From Octopus bimaculoides (taxonomy: Eukaryota): a stretch of 63,745 nt of DNA. The stretch covers positions 91,899,156 through 91,962,900 of the forward strand of contig NC_068982.1 of the NCBI RefSeq assembly GCF_001194135.2, written 5' to 3'. Shown here in pieces: positions 1 to 13,538 of this stretch; positions within the stretch are counted from its first letter, which is position 1, and each line of letters starts with the position of its first letter. Made by a program: the position numbers and the translations under genes. Below the pieces are notes generated by a model, which was not told the origin of the DNA, ran no database searches, and saw only the letters and a program-made list of their open reading frames with translations.

Positions 1-265
1 TGTATCTAAAGCGTCCCCTTTACCTTTGTAGCAGTTGACTATGATGCTGCTACACCAGTCATAGGGTATGACTCCTTCGTGTATCACCTGGTTCGTAATA
101 CGGGTGACTAGGCTATAGCCAACACTGCCAGATATTTTGAGCATCTCTGCAGTGATTCCTGATGGGCCGGGGGCTTTCCCGGTCTTCATACTCTTAATTG
201 CTTTATCTACCCTGGTACTATCAACTCGGATAGCTGGTCCCTCTATTGGGTCGACATAAGGCAGG
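1..265 (-). mobile_element. RTE-X-like LINE fragment (pre-RT region)
   Basis: Translates to PIEGPAIRVDSTRVDKAIKSMKTGKAPGPSGITAEMLK...DWCSSIIVNCYKGKGDALD. Confidence 0.85.
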
Positions 266-539
266 CTCTCTTTCTCCCACATGTATGTATGTATGTATGT
301 ATGTATGTATGTATGTAGTTAATATATCCAAAAAGAGGCATATTCTAAGCACTTTATAGGTGCGAAACTAATGGTCACTTTACGACCGACCATAAGAAAC
401 AACCTTCCGAGCTCTGGTAACAGATACCTGTTCCCTCACATGATTGGGTTTTCCTCTAAATCTCATATGTGAAACCAGTTAGGGGAAAACCCAATCCTGT
501 ATGGCAACAGGTGTCTGCTACTGAAACTCAAAAAGTGTC

Positions 540-910
540 AAATCTGCTTTGGGGATGATAAATAAAATGGATCAGCCACGTTATCAGGATGCCTGATAAT
601 AGTTTCCTGAAAATAGTCTTCTTTGGAGAGCTATCAACTGGTGTTTGCTCACATGGGGGACCCAAGAAGAGGTTCAGGGACAATCTTGAACTTGCCCTCA
701 ACTCCTGCAAACATTCAACCAGCACAACTTGAACACTTTGTTCAGAACTGGTAAACCTGGCATTCCCTCTGTGATGAAGGAGCTGCACACTTTGAACTAA
801 TCCAACATGAGAAACTTGAGGAAAAGAGACATCAACTCTCAAACTCACGAACAACATAATGGGAAACTTCCTTTGTCATCTGTGTTCAAGGACATGCCAC
901 TCCAGGAATG
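540..910 (+). mobile_element. Degraded RTE LINE 3' end
   Basis: WISHVIRMPDNSFLKIVFFGEL...GGPKKRFRDNL and terminal CHLCSRTCHSRNGLFSHL zinc knuckle, with frameshifts. Confidence 0.8.
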
Positions 911-1671
911 GACTGTTTTCACATCTATCAACTCATAAAATGTGTGATAAGACTCCTAAAGAACAATGTCATCATCAACATTGACAGACAGTTATAAGCA
1001 TGTAAGTAAGTGATAATCATATTGCAGCCCAGCAGTATCCAAACAAACATCTCCTTTCTGGCAGACAGCACCATGATTATAAGTGTTAGAGGTTCCACCC
1101 TCAGGACACACCCACCATTAAAATCTGAGGGTTCAGCACAAACATATACATACATGTACACATACATATCCACATATGATTTTTAAGATTAAATACCCAC
1201 CCATTCCCATTTTCCATACCACCACCACCTTCCCAGCACACACACACACACACACACACCATACCACCACCCACACCCAAGTCCCAACCTCAGGCAGATA
1301 CCCCTTACATTTTGAAGACATTCTATCCTTTGTGCAAGGGTCATAAATCCAGATGAATTGCCTCTGAACTTCTCTTGCAGGTTTTTCCATTGCAGTTTTT
1401 CACAGTATCTCCAAGCCGGACATGACACTTCCTGATCTCAAGTAACAGAGAGTCATTATCATATCCCTCTGACCAAGTCTTCTGCTGAGTACCCGGATTT
1501 GGATTTTTCCATAACTCATATGAACAAAACTGAAAAGAAAATCACTTGAAATAGCTCCACAATGTATTGTATGAATATCAATAATCTACTCTATTGACAA
1601 ATACACAAGTTCCTGTTTGCTGACTTGTGGTTTCTGCAACTATATAAATGAATAAATAAATAAATAAATGA

Positions 1672-1730
<59 letters not shown>

Positions 1731-1740
1731 TGTGTGTGCC

Positions 1741-1960
1741 ATCATCATCATCATTTAATGCCCACTTTCTGTGCTAACATGAGTTTGACAGTTTGACTGG
1801 AACAGGTGAGCTGGAAGGCTGCACCAGACTCCAGTCTGATTTAGCATGGTTTCTACAGCTGGATGCTCTTCCTAATGCCAACCACTCCAAATATGTAATG
1901 AGTGCTTTTTGCGTGCCACCAGCACAGGTGCCATTTACATGACACTGGTAACGGCCACAA
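1741..1960 (-). mobile_element. RTE-X 3'-tail-type SINE/LINE remnant with (GAT)n tail
   Basis: Contains the gctggatgc..ttcctaa.gccaaccact core found more than 10 times in the window. Confidence 0.8.
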
Positions 1961-2269
1961 TATATGTGTGTGTGTGTGTATAGTTTAAAGATCTAATAGA
2001 GTTAGAATCTACAAAAAAAGTATTCCACCTAGAGAGAGAGATAAATATCAATTTAAATACACAGCCAAAAGAGCTACTAATACTTTCATGCTTTTATGAT
2101 ACTTGAACAAGTATATTTATAAAGTACACCATGTATCTTAAAGCCTGAATGATTGCTTTAAGGTACATGACTTATTTTATATATATGCCTGTTTAAGTAT
2201 CATAAAAAGCATGAAACTATTAGTAGCTCTTCTGATTGTGTATTCTGTCTTCATCCCTAATCTTTCTCT

Positions 2270-2880
2270 CTCCAGCCACGTAACCTTGTACTTCCTCTAC
2301 AGTAAGACACCTATATCTGTCTCACTATAACCTTTTCCTCATCCCCTCCTCCAATGCCCCCTCCTCTCTTTAAAGTTTTTGTCTTGCAAGTACTTGGTGA
2401 CCCTGTCAGTGCAGGTACCACTTAAAAGCACCCAGTCCACACTGTAAAGTGGTTGGTGTTCGGAAGGGCATCCAGCTGTAGAAACTCTGCCAAAACTGAC
2501 CTTACCTGTGCTTGTGCCACATTAAAAGCACTACTCACCTCGCCTGTACTCGTGCCACATAAAAAGCACTAAGTCCACTCTGCTGAGTGGTTGGTGTTAG
2601 GAAGGGCATCCAGCTGTAAAAATCCTTCCAAAACAGTTACAGAAATCCAGTGCAGGCTTCGGCCTGACTGGCTCTTGTAGTACCATCCCACCCATGCTAG
2701 CATGGAACATGGATGTTAAATGATGTGTTGTAAGAAGTCTGCTTCCCAACTTCATGGATTTAGGTTCAGTCTTGCAGTATGACAACTGAAAGGCAAGTGT
2801 CTTCTACTATCTCCTAAGGTTGACCAAAACCTTATGAGAGGATTTGAGAGACAGAAACTGTAAGAAGCCTGTTGTGTGCA
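2270..2880 (+). mobile_element. Composite RTE-X-tail repeat followed by tRNA-type SINE head
   Basis: 2270-2725 is closely related to 53985-54352; 2725-2880 matches the gcttcccaac...ttctactat...gaaactg SINE head. Confidence 0.7.
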
Positions 2881-2899
2881 TGCACCTGTTTATGTGTGT

Positions 2900-3120
2900 G
2901 TGTGTGTAATCTGGATATAGAAGCTGGTGGTTTCAAAATATGTCCATAGTTATCCTCTTTCTTTTTAATTTTCAAAAAGACATTCACATCAACAGGACAG
3001 CTGACTTCTATGGTGATACATAGTTTTTCTTGTCTGTTCAAGCAACAATATCCAACCTGCTTTGTTTACACTTGACACATGCTTTGATGGGAATATTCCA
3101 CCAGTATTATATTGTAAATT
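2900..3120 (-). mobile_element. R4/Dong-like RLE LINE 3' fragment
   Basis: IEVSCPVDVNVFLKIKKKEDNYG, homologous to 50430-50500. Confidence 0.7.
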
Positions 3121-4080
3121 CCCTAGTTATAACTTCTAGTATTAATAATTAAATACTGATTTTTAATTTCTATAATTCAAAGCATAAATCATAGATACTT
3201 TAACTATGTACCACATGACCATGACGAAATTCACTCTGTTTACATAACTTATGTAGAGGTGACTTACAATATAATTCATAAGTGATTAAAAAACTTTGCT
3301 GACATTTTGTACTCTCACAAGTAATAATGATAATTAGGGATAAATGTTTTTAATTACAACTGACTGTATCAAAATATTGTTTAGGCAACCTAATGGTTCC
3401 TTTGTTTTTCAACACATTAACACCTGCACACACACAAATAGATTAAAACAAATGTACGTATACATAAATAACATTCTTTTAAATACATATGATTGCACAA
3501 ATGCACATATCAAAACTTAATGCTGAGTCTACCAATGATATATCAACACACTGGGATGTAGTTTAAAAATATTTTTTTTATCAAGTTCTGACCCTGATGA
3601 AATGTTCAATTAACTATAATCCAATATGAACCTTTAATTTAATTTTTCTAATTTAAATTAATTGATTGGACATGGAAACAATTGTAGGTTCTATGAGTTT
3701 GATATTGTTCAAAATTGGATTTGTTTCAATAAATTGATGTCTATATGTCAATTTCTCCATTTTCTTATTTTNNNNNNNNNNNNNNNNNNNNNNNNNNNNN
3801 NNNNNNNNNNNNNNNNNNNNNNNNNNNNNNNNNNNNNNNNNNNNNNNNNNNNNNNNNNNNNNNNNNNNNNNNNNNNNNNNNNNNNNNNNNNNNNNNNNNN
3901 NNNNNNNNNNNNNNNNNNNNNNNNNNNNNNNNNNNNNNNNNNNNNNNNNNNNNNNNNNNNNNNNNNNNNNNNNNNNNNNNNNNNNNNNNNNNNNNNNNNN
4001 NNNNNNNNNNNNNNNNNNNNNNNNNNNNNNNNNNNNNNNNNNNNNNNNNNNNNNNNNNNNNNNNNNNNNNNNNNNNNNNN

Positions 4081-4120
<40 letters not shown>

Positions 4121-4339
4121 GTGTATATATGTGTACATGTATGTGTCTGGTGATATTTTTGTATGCACTGGTAGATATTCTTTATTATGTATGTTGACCA
4201 GGAAAGATTCTCGGTAATGATTGTAGTGATCTTAAGCCTTCTAGGAAAAGGTTGCTTATATATAGAATTGGGTGGAGTGCAATAATGTTTTTTTCTTTAA
4301 GGTGTAATGTTCATGTCTTTATGCTGTTGTTTAACTTAC

Positions 4340-4498
4340 CTCACCACGTGTCAGCAAAAGAGCATGAACTGGAGTAAATTTCAAATTGCGACATTTCTTT
4401 GCTGTCCAGAAGTGATCCTGTGGTTGAGTGTATAGCAAAGTACCAACCAGAATATCATGGACCTCATGCTGGTTCCACTCAAGTAGATTCAATGCCGT
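4340..4498 (-). CDS. RhoGEF exon G: TALNLLEWNQHEVHDILVGTLLYTQPQDHFWTAKKCRNLKFTPVHALLLTRGE (PH-like start)
   Basis: Acceptor attatccAG, donor GAG|GTaagt; 159 nt, phase 0-0. Confidence 0.8.
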
Positions 4499-7400
4499 CT
4501 GGATAATATTGAGCATACATAAAAGATTCTGAGAAACATATATTTATAAAACACTTAAGATGATAGCATGGAATATTCATTTAAACATTTATTGTTTGTG
4601 ATATAAGTATCAAAATTTTCATAGCTCAGAACTGCAACCTGATTACTGACAATAAATGTTTAAGGGAAATTAAGAGGATTTTTTTTTTTATGGTTCTGAA
4701 TGGCTAACACTTGTCTTCCATGCTGCAATTGTTTTAGTTTTAACACAAGATCTAGATCAAAACACTTGCCATGCAAGTACATCTTCATAAACATAAGATT
4801 AAACAATTCAAGTATAGTGGGGTGTGACTTAAGGAAATTGCACTTATCAAAAATAGAACTTACGAAGGTTAGAAAGAAATGAAGTAAGCATAACCTACTG
4901 CATATATATTTATAATAATCCAGTGTATGCAACTGAAGCATTATTAAATTAAAATTGTTATCTATGCATCATATATATACACTGTTGATAGGTAAGTTAC
5001 TGCAGCTTTCATCTAAGATAAGATCCCTTATAGCTGTGTTATTTTTCAAAACACAGTATATATCGGAGAGAGATAAAAAGACAAAAAAAAAATCATTTGT
5101 TTTTTTTTATCAGTTTGACCTGGGAAATGGCCTTTAAGCTTTTAATGACTAGTGAGGGTGATATGGTTGCTTTCTTCAACAACTGCAAGAAAAGATTGCA
5201 GAGAGAATGCCAGATGCATTTCAGACTACTTGAGCTTTATCAGTAACGTGTATTTTCAGCCAGCCACATACCCAGGTGAGATTTGTCATCTCCAGGATAG
5301 GAAACAGAATTACACATGCAATGGTATCGTGCATGATAGAATTACATGTGCACTGGTATCATGAATAACTACTGAAATTTTATCTCAAATGAAAACCATA
5401 AAACCATTGCAACTTGCCTGTCAACAATGTATATATTAACTAGGTTACATAGAGAGCTATTTCAATTGGATACTGCTTCAATTATGCACACTAGATTATT
5501 CACTCAGCCCCATGGCTATTTGTAATACCACTGTTTCCTACATTGGAGACAACAAATCTCATTCAGGCAAGTATGTGTTAGTCACTGCTAGCAAGAATTT
5601 CGTCACCATTTGATAGTGTTTTTAAACACAGCACAGCCATAAGAGATTTTATCTTGAACAAATACCACAGCAACTTGCCTGTCAAGTGTGTATACATGGA
5701 TGTATATTTACAATGTCATTTAAACTTATAGCCAAGTTGTCCAACTTACTTAGGTGTTGGATTACTTAGTCAAATTCTCTGTTGGTATTCATGTCTGGTC
5801 AGCCCTCTTTGTTTCAAGCTAAATCTGAACCAGTTCATTAGAGAAACAAAATAGACAGGTAAATAAGAACTGGACAATCAGCTCACATATTGTGATTCCA
5901 ATCTACTGCAAGCATAATTTTATGTAATTTTCAGCAACAATTTTAGCTGCTCCAGTATACCTCACTGTTGAGAATAGCCATTTGATCATGTAGGAATGTT
6001 ATACATGATAGACTAGTAGTCTGTCTAGTGGGAGATTTATCTCTCATCCGCCAATAACTATGAAACCACAGCTATACACCAGTCTGTAAGAACTCCTTGA
6101 GGATACAGGAGTCATTTGCATAGTATACTAAATATCTTTTTTCAACTATTAACTATGCAACATATACATGGCATCTATTTTCAACTAGGTAAACTGAGAA
6201 GATTAGAATCATAATGTTTTGCCAGGGAACAAAATACAATATTTTCCGAATTGTCAACCTGTTTGTAATATCAACCAAATTCTCTCAAAATCTGTCCTAG
6301 AAAAGGAAGGTCATATTGAACAATGATTGTTATACAAAAGATATACAAAAAGATGGCATAGTCACTGCTGATTGAATACAGCTGCTTGTCCATAGCTCTG
6401 CTCAGTTAAACAACAACAACAGCACAATACAATACATATAGTAAATTGTAGACTCTTGGCTGCAGTTTCTATTTGAACATCATCAGTAGAAGTAAATGTG
6501 GAGTTGGTTATCTTATTTAAAAGTCAGTTCACTTGATGCATTCACCTCATCTCATCTTCCTCTCCTCATCCCTGTCTCAACTCCCAGCGCTAAATACTTT
6601 GGGGATTCAAAACCAAAAAAGGAGTCTTTACATGGTAGCTCAACCTCCGAGAAATAACAGCCAAATCTCTCACTATGCTCTCTTAGAAAAGAACACATTT
6701 GAAAATGTGATTTTAAGTGCATTTTATTTATGAAAATGACAGGATACCAAAACTTAAATGCCTTTAATCATAGCTTCGCTTGATCAGGACTGACCTAGGG
6801 CTAAACAACAACAACTACTTTCCTCCTCAGAGCTGCAACTCACTGGAACTTTTACTCTGCTTCTGTTTTCCTTACACTTACTCCTTACTCACTCATTTCT
6901 CCACTTGTTATCCATATTGTATCCACCATCATTTCACACCTCTGTCCCAGTCCACTCAAGTTTTCCCTCTAACCCCTAAATTCACCCAGTTCTTTCTCTT
7001 CAGTACCTCATTCCTCTTGAATTTCTTCTCTCTGCAATCTTTTCTTGCAGTTGTTGAAGAAAGCAACCATATCACCCTCACTAGTCATTAAAAGCTTAAA
7101 GGCCATTTCCCAGGTCAAACTGATAAAAAAAAAAAAACATATACAAGAAACCTATGGAAGCTCAAACTCAAAAAATCAGCCTGACTGACTTCACCAGTCT
7201 TGAAGTGAGAACTGAAAGGTCATGGGTGTTATTTCCCCTATTCCAAGTGATTGATAAGAAAATTGTTTGTACACTTAATTATATACATTCTAATATTTAG
7301 TTTCATCTCTCTGAATTCAAATCTTGCCAAGGTTGTCTTTGCCTTTCTTCCTAGGATCAATACAAGTAGCATGATAGAACTAGTTATTAATAATAATTTT

Positions 7401-8503
7401 TAATCAATTATACTTACCTTCAAGGTGGTGAGCTAGCAGAATTGTTAGCACACCAGACAAAATGCTTAGCAAAATTACTTCCAGCTTTGCCTTTCATCCT
7501 TTTAGAATTGATAAAATATATACCAACTGAGCACTGATGTTGATGTAATCAACTAGCCTTCACCCCAAAATTTCAGGTCTTGTGCCTATAGGAGAAAAAA
7601 TTACTTATACCTACCTTAACTAACTCAAATTTGTCTGTGGAACTGTGTCTCCGTAATTCAGAACGTTTTCGTTTTAATTTCATGGAACCACTGCTTTTCG
7701 TTTTCTGAGGAAACAAATTAAAATATAAACATTAAATGTTAGCTAAGGGAATTGGTCAGTTACAAGTTTACCATCCAAAATTCATACAAATCTAACAAGA
7801 CAAAATACATTTATTGATTTTTTTTATACTCTTTCTTTTTCCTTTTTCTCTGTTCTTTTTTTGTTTTGTAAGTTACTCAGCAACCTCTTTAGAGCCAGTG
7901 GAATGGAAAAAGCATTCAGTATACAATGTGTACATCCAGCCATAAAGACCATACCAAAGCTAACACTGGAACTCAACCCAGCTCTGCAACTTGCCCACCT
8001 GTGAGGTCATGTGCTGTTTATCTTGATATGAGATCACCATGTCGCGCACACATTGTTGTGATGCATGTGCCTGGTGTACTCTTATCAGACGGGTAGTCAT
8101 GATGGGTATATTGGGCTTACAATACCAGTGATTGCAGGAGCACTTGGAATGATCAAAAAAGGAACTGAAAATTATTTTAAAATGAGCCCTGGCTTACCAT
8201 CTATGCAGGAAGTGCAAGAGATTGTCTTAACTGGTATGTCACACGTATTGAGAAGAGCATTGCCGCTGTGAATATTCTTTCCTTTTTTCCCCTTTTATCT
8301 GTTTACTTTTTTATCTTGTATTTTTTTCCTTTTTCTCTCTATCTTCCCTTTTTCTCTATCACACGACTTTGTAAATGAACAATCTGGTGTGTTTATTTTA
8401 ATGGCCTACCAATGTATACAGGATGTTTCTCTTCCCTAGGTGTCAGGAAGACACTCAGCAAGAAATGGAAACAAAATTGAAAGAAAATGCTAATGAAAAT
8501 AAT

Positions 8504-8555
<52 letters not shown>

Positions 8556-8579
8556 ACAACAACAACAATGATGATGATG

Positions 8580-8635
<56 letters not shown>

Positions 8636-11600
8636 TTAACGTCCATTTTCCATGCTGGCATGGGTTGGACAGTTTGACTGAAAACTGGTTAGCCAGGGAG
8701 CTGCACCAGATTCTGATCTGATTTGGCAGGATTTCTACGGTTGGATGCTCTTCCTAATGCCAACCACTCCAAGAGTGTAGTGGGCGTTTTTTACATGCCA
8801 CTGACATGAGTGCCATTGACCTGACACCAGCATTGGCCACAACTATGGTCTCACTTGGCTTGACAGATCTACACAAGCACAGTATAGCGCCAAAGGTCTC
8901 AGTCACCTATCACCATTTCCATGAGGCCCAATGCTGAAACAGTGCTTTTTATGTGCCACCAGCATGAGTGCCAGTCAGATGGCACTGGCATCAGCCATGA
9001 TTATGATTACACTTGGCTCAACAGGTCTTCACAAGCACAGCATGTTTCCCAATGTTTGAAGGATGCTTTTTAAGCGCCAGTTACGTGACACTGGCATCAG
9101 CCACGACTATGATCTCTCTTGGCTTGACAGGTCTTCTCAAGGTTTCGATTGCTTGTCATTGCCTCTGTGAAGCCCAACATTTGAAGATCATGCTTCACCA
9201 CTTCATCCCATGCCTTCCTGGGTCTACCTCTTTCACAGGTTCCCTCCATCATTAAAAGCTTCCCTCCATCATTAAAAGCTTCCCTCCATCATTAAAAGCT
9301 TCCCTCCATCATTAGAGGGTGCCTTTTACCAATTTACAAGGCCTGAAATTTAGGGAGAAGGGGATAGTCGATTACATCAACCCTAGTGTATAACTGGTAC
9401 TTATTTCATCAACCTCAAAAGGATGAAAGGCAGAGTTGGCCTTAGCAGAATTTGAACTTAGAACATAAGGACAAACAAAATGCCACAAAGCATTTTGCCC
9501 AAAGTGCTAACATTTCTGCCAGCTCACCGCAATAATAATAATAATGACAACAACAATGACAACAACAATGACAACAACAATGACAACATTGTTATTCAGT
9601 ATGAGAAAACATTGTTATTCAGTATGCAAACACATGAATATGCAAAATAGATATGCAAACAGGTATCTTGTTTGCATATGAAAGAAGCACAACAATCCAG
9701 AACTTACTACAGTAGCCGGCAAGCAAGTTTTGGGGTATTTCAATAGATTATACATTTTGATACATTTCAGGAATTCTATTGTTTCCATTCATTAACATTG
9801 GATTCTTTCATTGAGAAAGAGCCTTTTTTTCTTTTTCTCTCATTGTTGCTATTTAATTATTTAATGATAGCCATACCATTCTACCTCATTTCTTCCCACT
9901 GGGTCTGGGAACCAATGCCACCACTTGGATCAAGGTTCTGGGCACAGTGATCAAGTTGAAGGACTGACCAAAACAGGGTGTGCATGTATCAGCAGAACTC
10001 CACTTCCACTCATATGGCTTTTACACACAGGAATGGCTAGTTGAGAATTTTCACAATCATATGAACCTCAATATGTGGCCACACATATTCCCTGATATAA
10101 AATCCCTACACCACTGAATTTGGGCATCATCTGTCATGTGAGAGGCTGGCCAGCAGCTCTATGAGCTGCTACTGGCACTGAAGGCAGATTTGTGGAGTAG
10201 CATGTTTTTTTTTATGTTTCTGTATGGTAAGAAACTTGCTTCACAACCACATGGTTGCGGGTTTGGTCCCACTGCATGACACCTTGGGCAAGTGTCTTCC
10301 ACTATAGCCCTGGGCTGACCAAACCTTGTGAATGGATTTGGTAGATGGAAACTGAAAGAAGCCCTTCATGTGTGTGTGTGTGTGTTTGTCCCTCATCACC
10401 ACTTGACAACCAGTGCTGGTCTGTTTATCTCCCCATAATTTAGAGGTCTGGTATAAGTACTAGGTTTTAGAAAAAAAAATGTACTGGGGATGATTCATTA
10501 GATTGTGCCCCAGCATGGCCACAGTCTAATGACTGAAACAAGTAAAAGGTAAAAGGTAAAAGATAAAAGATGTGTCCCATTTTTCAGGAGTGCTGCTATA
10601 GTTTATGGACACCCCCACCACCAAACTGATATTTTTGGGGGGAATATGTTGTTTATTCTGTTTTATGTCAATATTGTTTTGTTTTGTTCTCACTTACCCA
10701 ATCCTTCCTGTATATTTTCCATAACACATTTCTACATCATAAATAATCCAACTGGCTTAGCAGCATACATTTTCACAAATATATTTATGTAAGTTTTGCC
10801 CTGAGTGTTCTAAATTAAAACCTGAAATTATTCTGTTTCTGAATAATGTTTCATTTTAATCTGTTTTCTGAAACTAAACTTTTGTGGTTGTCTCTATGAA
10901 TAATATTAGAATTTCCTCTGATACATTTATCAAAATGAAACAACAGGATTCAAAGGAAGTAATGACAGTGCGATCAAATTCTAAGTAACTAATGACAGTG
11001 CTATCAATTCTAATTCTCTCCAGTTGGTCCTCTTTGCAATCCCCACGCAAGCCAGATTACTGACGATCCCAAAGTATGTGCAGAACTCATTGTTGAATGC
11101 TATGCAGGCATTTTTACTGTTAAAAACCAAAACATACCATCTCCACCACCCCTGACACCAAATTCCATAACAACTATGAAATTTACACCTGTAATGCTGC
11201 AATGACACCTTAAAAATAAGCACAACTATGCCTCTCCTGGTCTTGATGGTGTTACATACCTGCTTCTCAAACATAGTGGGTACTTTCTTCTGCACCAGCT
11301 TTCACTCTTCTTTCAGTTCTGTCTTAACAATGGTGCTAATCCAGAGCAGTGGAAAACTGCCAGTGTCATTCTTCTGTTCAAAAATGGTGACTGCACATTG
11401 CCTGTCAACTATCATCTCGTCAACTGTCTGATGGAATCCTGTGTCAGAGAAACACTCTGGAACTTCTGGAATTTTCACAGCCTTATCTGGACCTAGCAAT
11501 TTGGATTTATCCCTAACTCCAGCTGCTGTGACCAACTTATCAAGTTTCTTGAAGACATCATGTGGGTCACTGATGGCGACTCATGGGTGAATGTTGCTTA

Positions 11601-12797
11601 CCTTGATTTTGCTAAAGCTTTTAATTCTGTGCCACACAAAAGACTTATGGCAAAACTTTCTGCAATGGGTGAGAAAGATGATCTTTTTAACTGGTTGGAG
11701 TCCTTCATTCTCAGCCAAAAAGAGGTAGTCACAGTTGTAGAACAGCATTCTTCACTCTATGAGATGTCATCTGGTGTACTGCAGGGATCTGTTTTTGGTC
11801 CCCTTTTGTTTTGTTGCATACATTAATGACATAGATGCTAATTTAAAGAATGTCACAGTCTGAAATATACAGATGACATCAAGCTACCTATAGATCTTTC
11901 CTGCAATTGAACCTGGACACAATGCAACAATGGATCACAGACTGGCAACTCAAGATGGCTGTGAACAATTGTACCACCATGCATTTTGGGAGGAAAAACC
12001 CAGCATCCACATACTCTCTCCACAACACTAATATCAAGAAGTCTTCTTGTGGACATGATCTGGGCATTACTGTCAGCAGTGATTTGCTCTTGGCTTGTCA
12101 AGAAGGCCAAGGGTGTCTTGGCATCACTCAACAAGACCTTTGTCAGTTACTCTCCTGGTATCTATTTAAAGCTGTATATGGCTACAGTGTGGCCACACTT
12201 AGAACTTACATCATCAGTCTGGAACCCCTATCTTGCTCAAGACATTGACCTCCTCGAACCTGTTCAGAGACATGCAACCAAGCAAATACCCTCCATCAGG
12301 CATCTACCATACACTGAACACCTTGCTCTCTGGGCATAGATACATTGAAGCTCCAACATCTGGCAACTGACTTAGTAAACACCCACAAAATTATTAACCA
12401 TCGCACCAACAACCACCTTGAACACCTTTTTGAGCTCCATGTGTCTAACACATGTGGGCATGCCTACAAAGTCAGAAAACAGCACAGCTCCCATGACTTT
12501 CAGAAACATTTTTTCACACTCAGAGTTACTGAAGCATGGACCAAACTCCCTGCATCAGTTGTTAGTTGCTGAGACATTGCATCTTTTAAAACCTGAAATT
12601 CACCAATACTATGCTTGGTAACCACCCCCTCCATACGCATGCACACATGTATATCATGACTCATAAACTGTGCAGTTTCCTGACTTTTGTACATAATTCT
12701 ATGTACTGTACATGAACCTTTGCTGAGTTGTAGTGCACCTGAGCACTATACCCAATAATTTCATTACAGTTCATTATTACCATTGTTATTATTATTA

Positions 12798-12842
<45 letters not shown>

Positions 12843-13507
12843 CCTGATCGCCACTATTACCACCACTAACCACCAGCATTACCAGCACTCAACACCACTA
12901 TCACCACTATCATCACCAATAGCAGCACTATAATTGCTATTAGCAACAACACTACCTCCACCACCACCACCACCACCACCACCATCACAGATGTCATCAG
13001 CATGCTAAAAAATGTTACAGATGTGAGAGAAAGTACTTACAGCATTAATCTCCTCCAATATTTTTTCAATTCCAACCACCGCTTCATGTAAGAAGGCACA
13101 GTCTTCATGTCGTGCTGCTGTTGATTTATAAAGGCGGTTCAGTAGAAGTGGATACCTGAAAAAGAGAGAAATATAAATGACATTTGGCAAGTTTTTTAGA
13201 GTAGTGGTCTCTAAAATTATTTTGGCACAGAATCCTTTAAACAATTTTCTTAAAGATTGCAAAACATGCTGCTAAATTTTATGAACACCCCCACCACCAC
13301 CACCACCACCAACAACAACCAGTTTTAAATGAATCAAAATTATTTTAAAAAGAGAATAGACAGACAGATAGACAGATAGGCAGGCAGGCAGACAGACAGG
13401 CAGACAGACAGACAGGCAGACAGACAGACAGACAGACAGACAGATGGACAGATGGAAGGACATATAGATAAATAGATAGATAGACAGACAGACAAACAGA
13501 CAGAGTA

Positions 13508-13538
<31 letters not shown>

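Noticed and set aside
3660-3771. Open frame NKKMEKLTYRHQFIETNPILNNIKLIEP.. at the gap edge as a RhoGEF C-terminus
   Set aside because: Its start is hidden in the gap, it is AT-rich, and it does not resemble the expected PH continuation.
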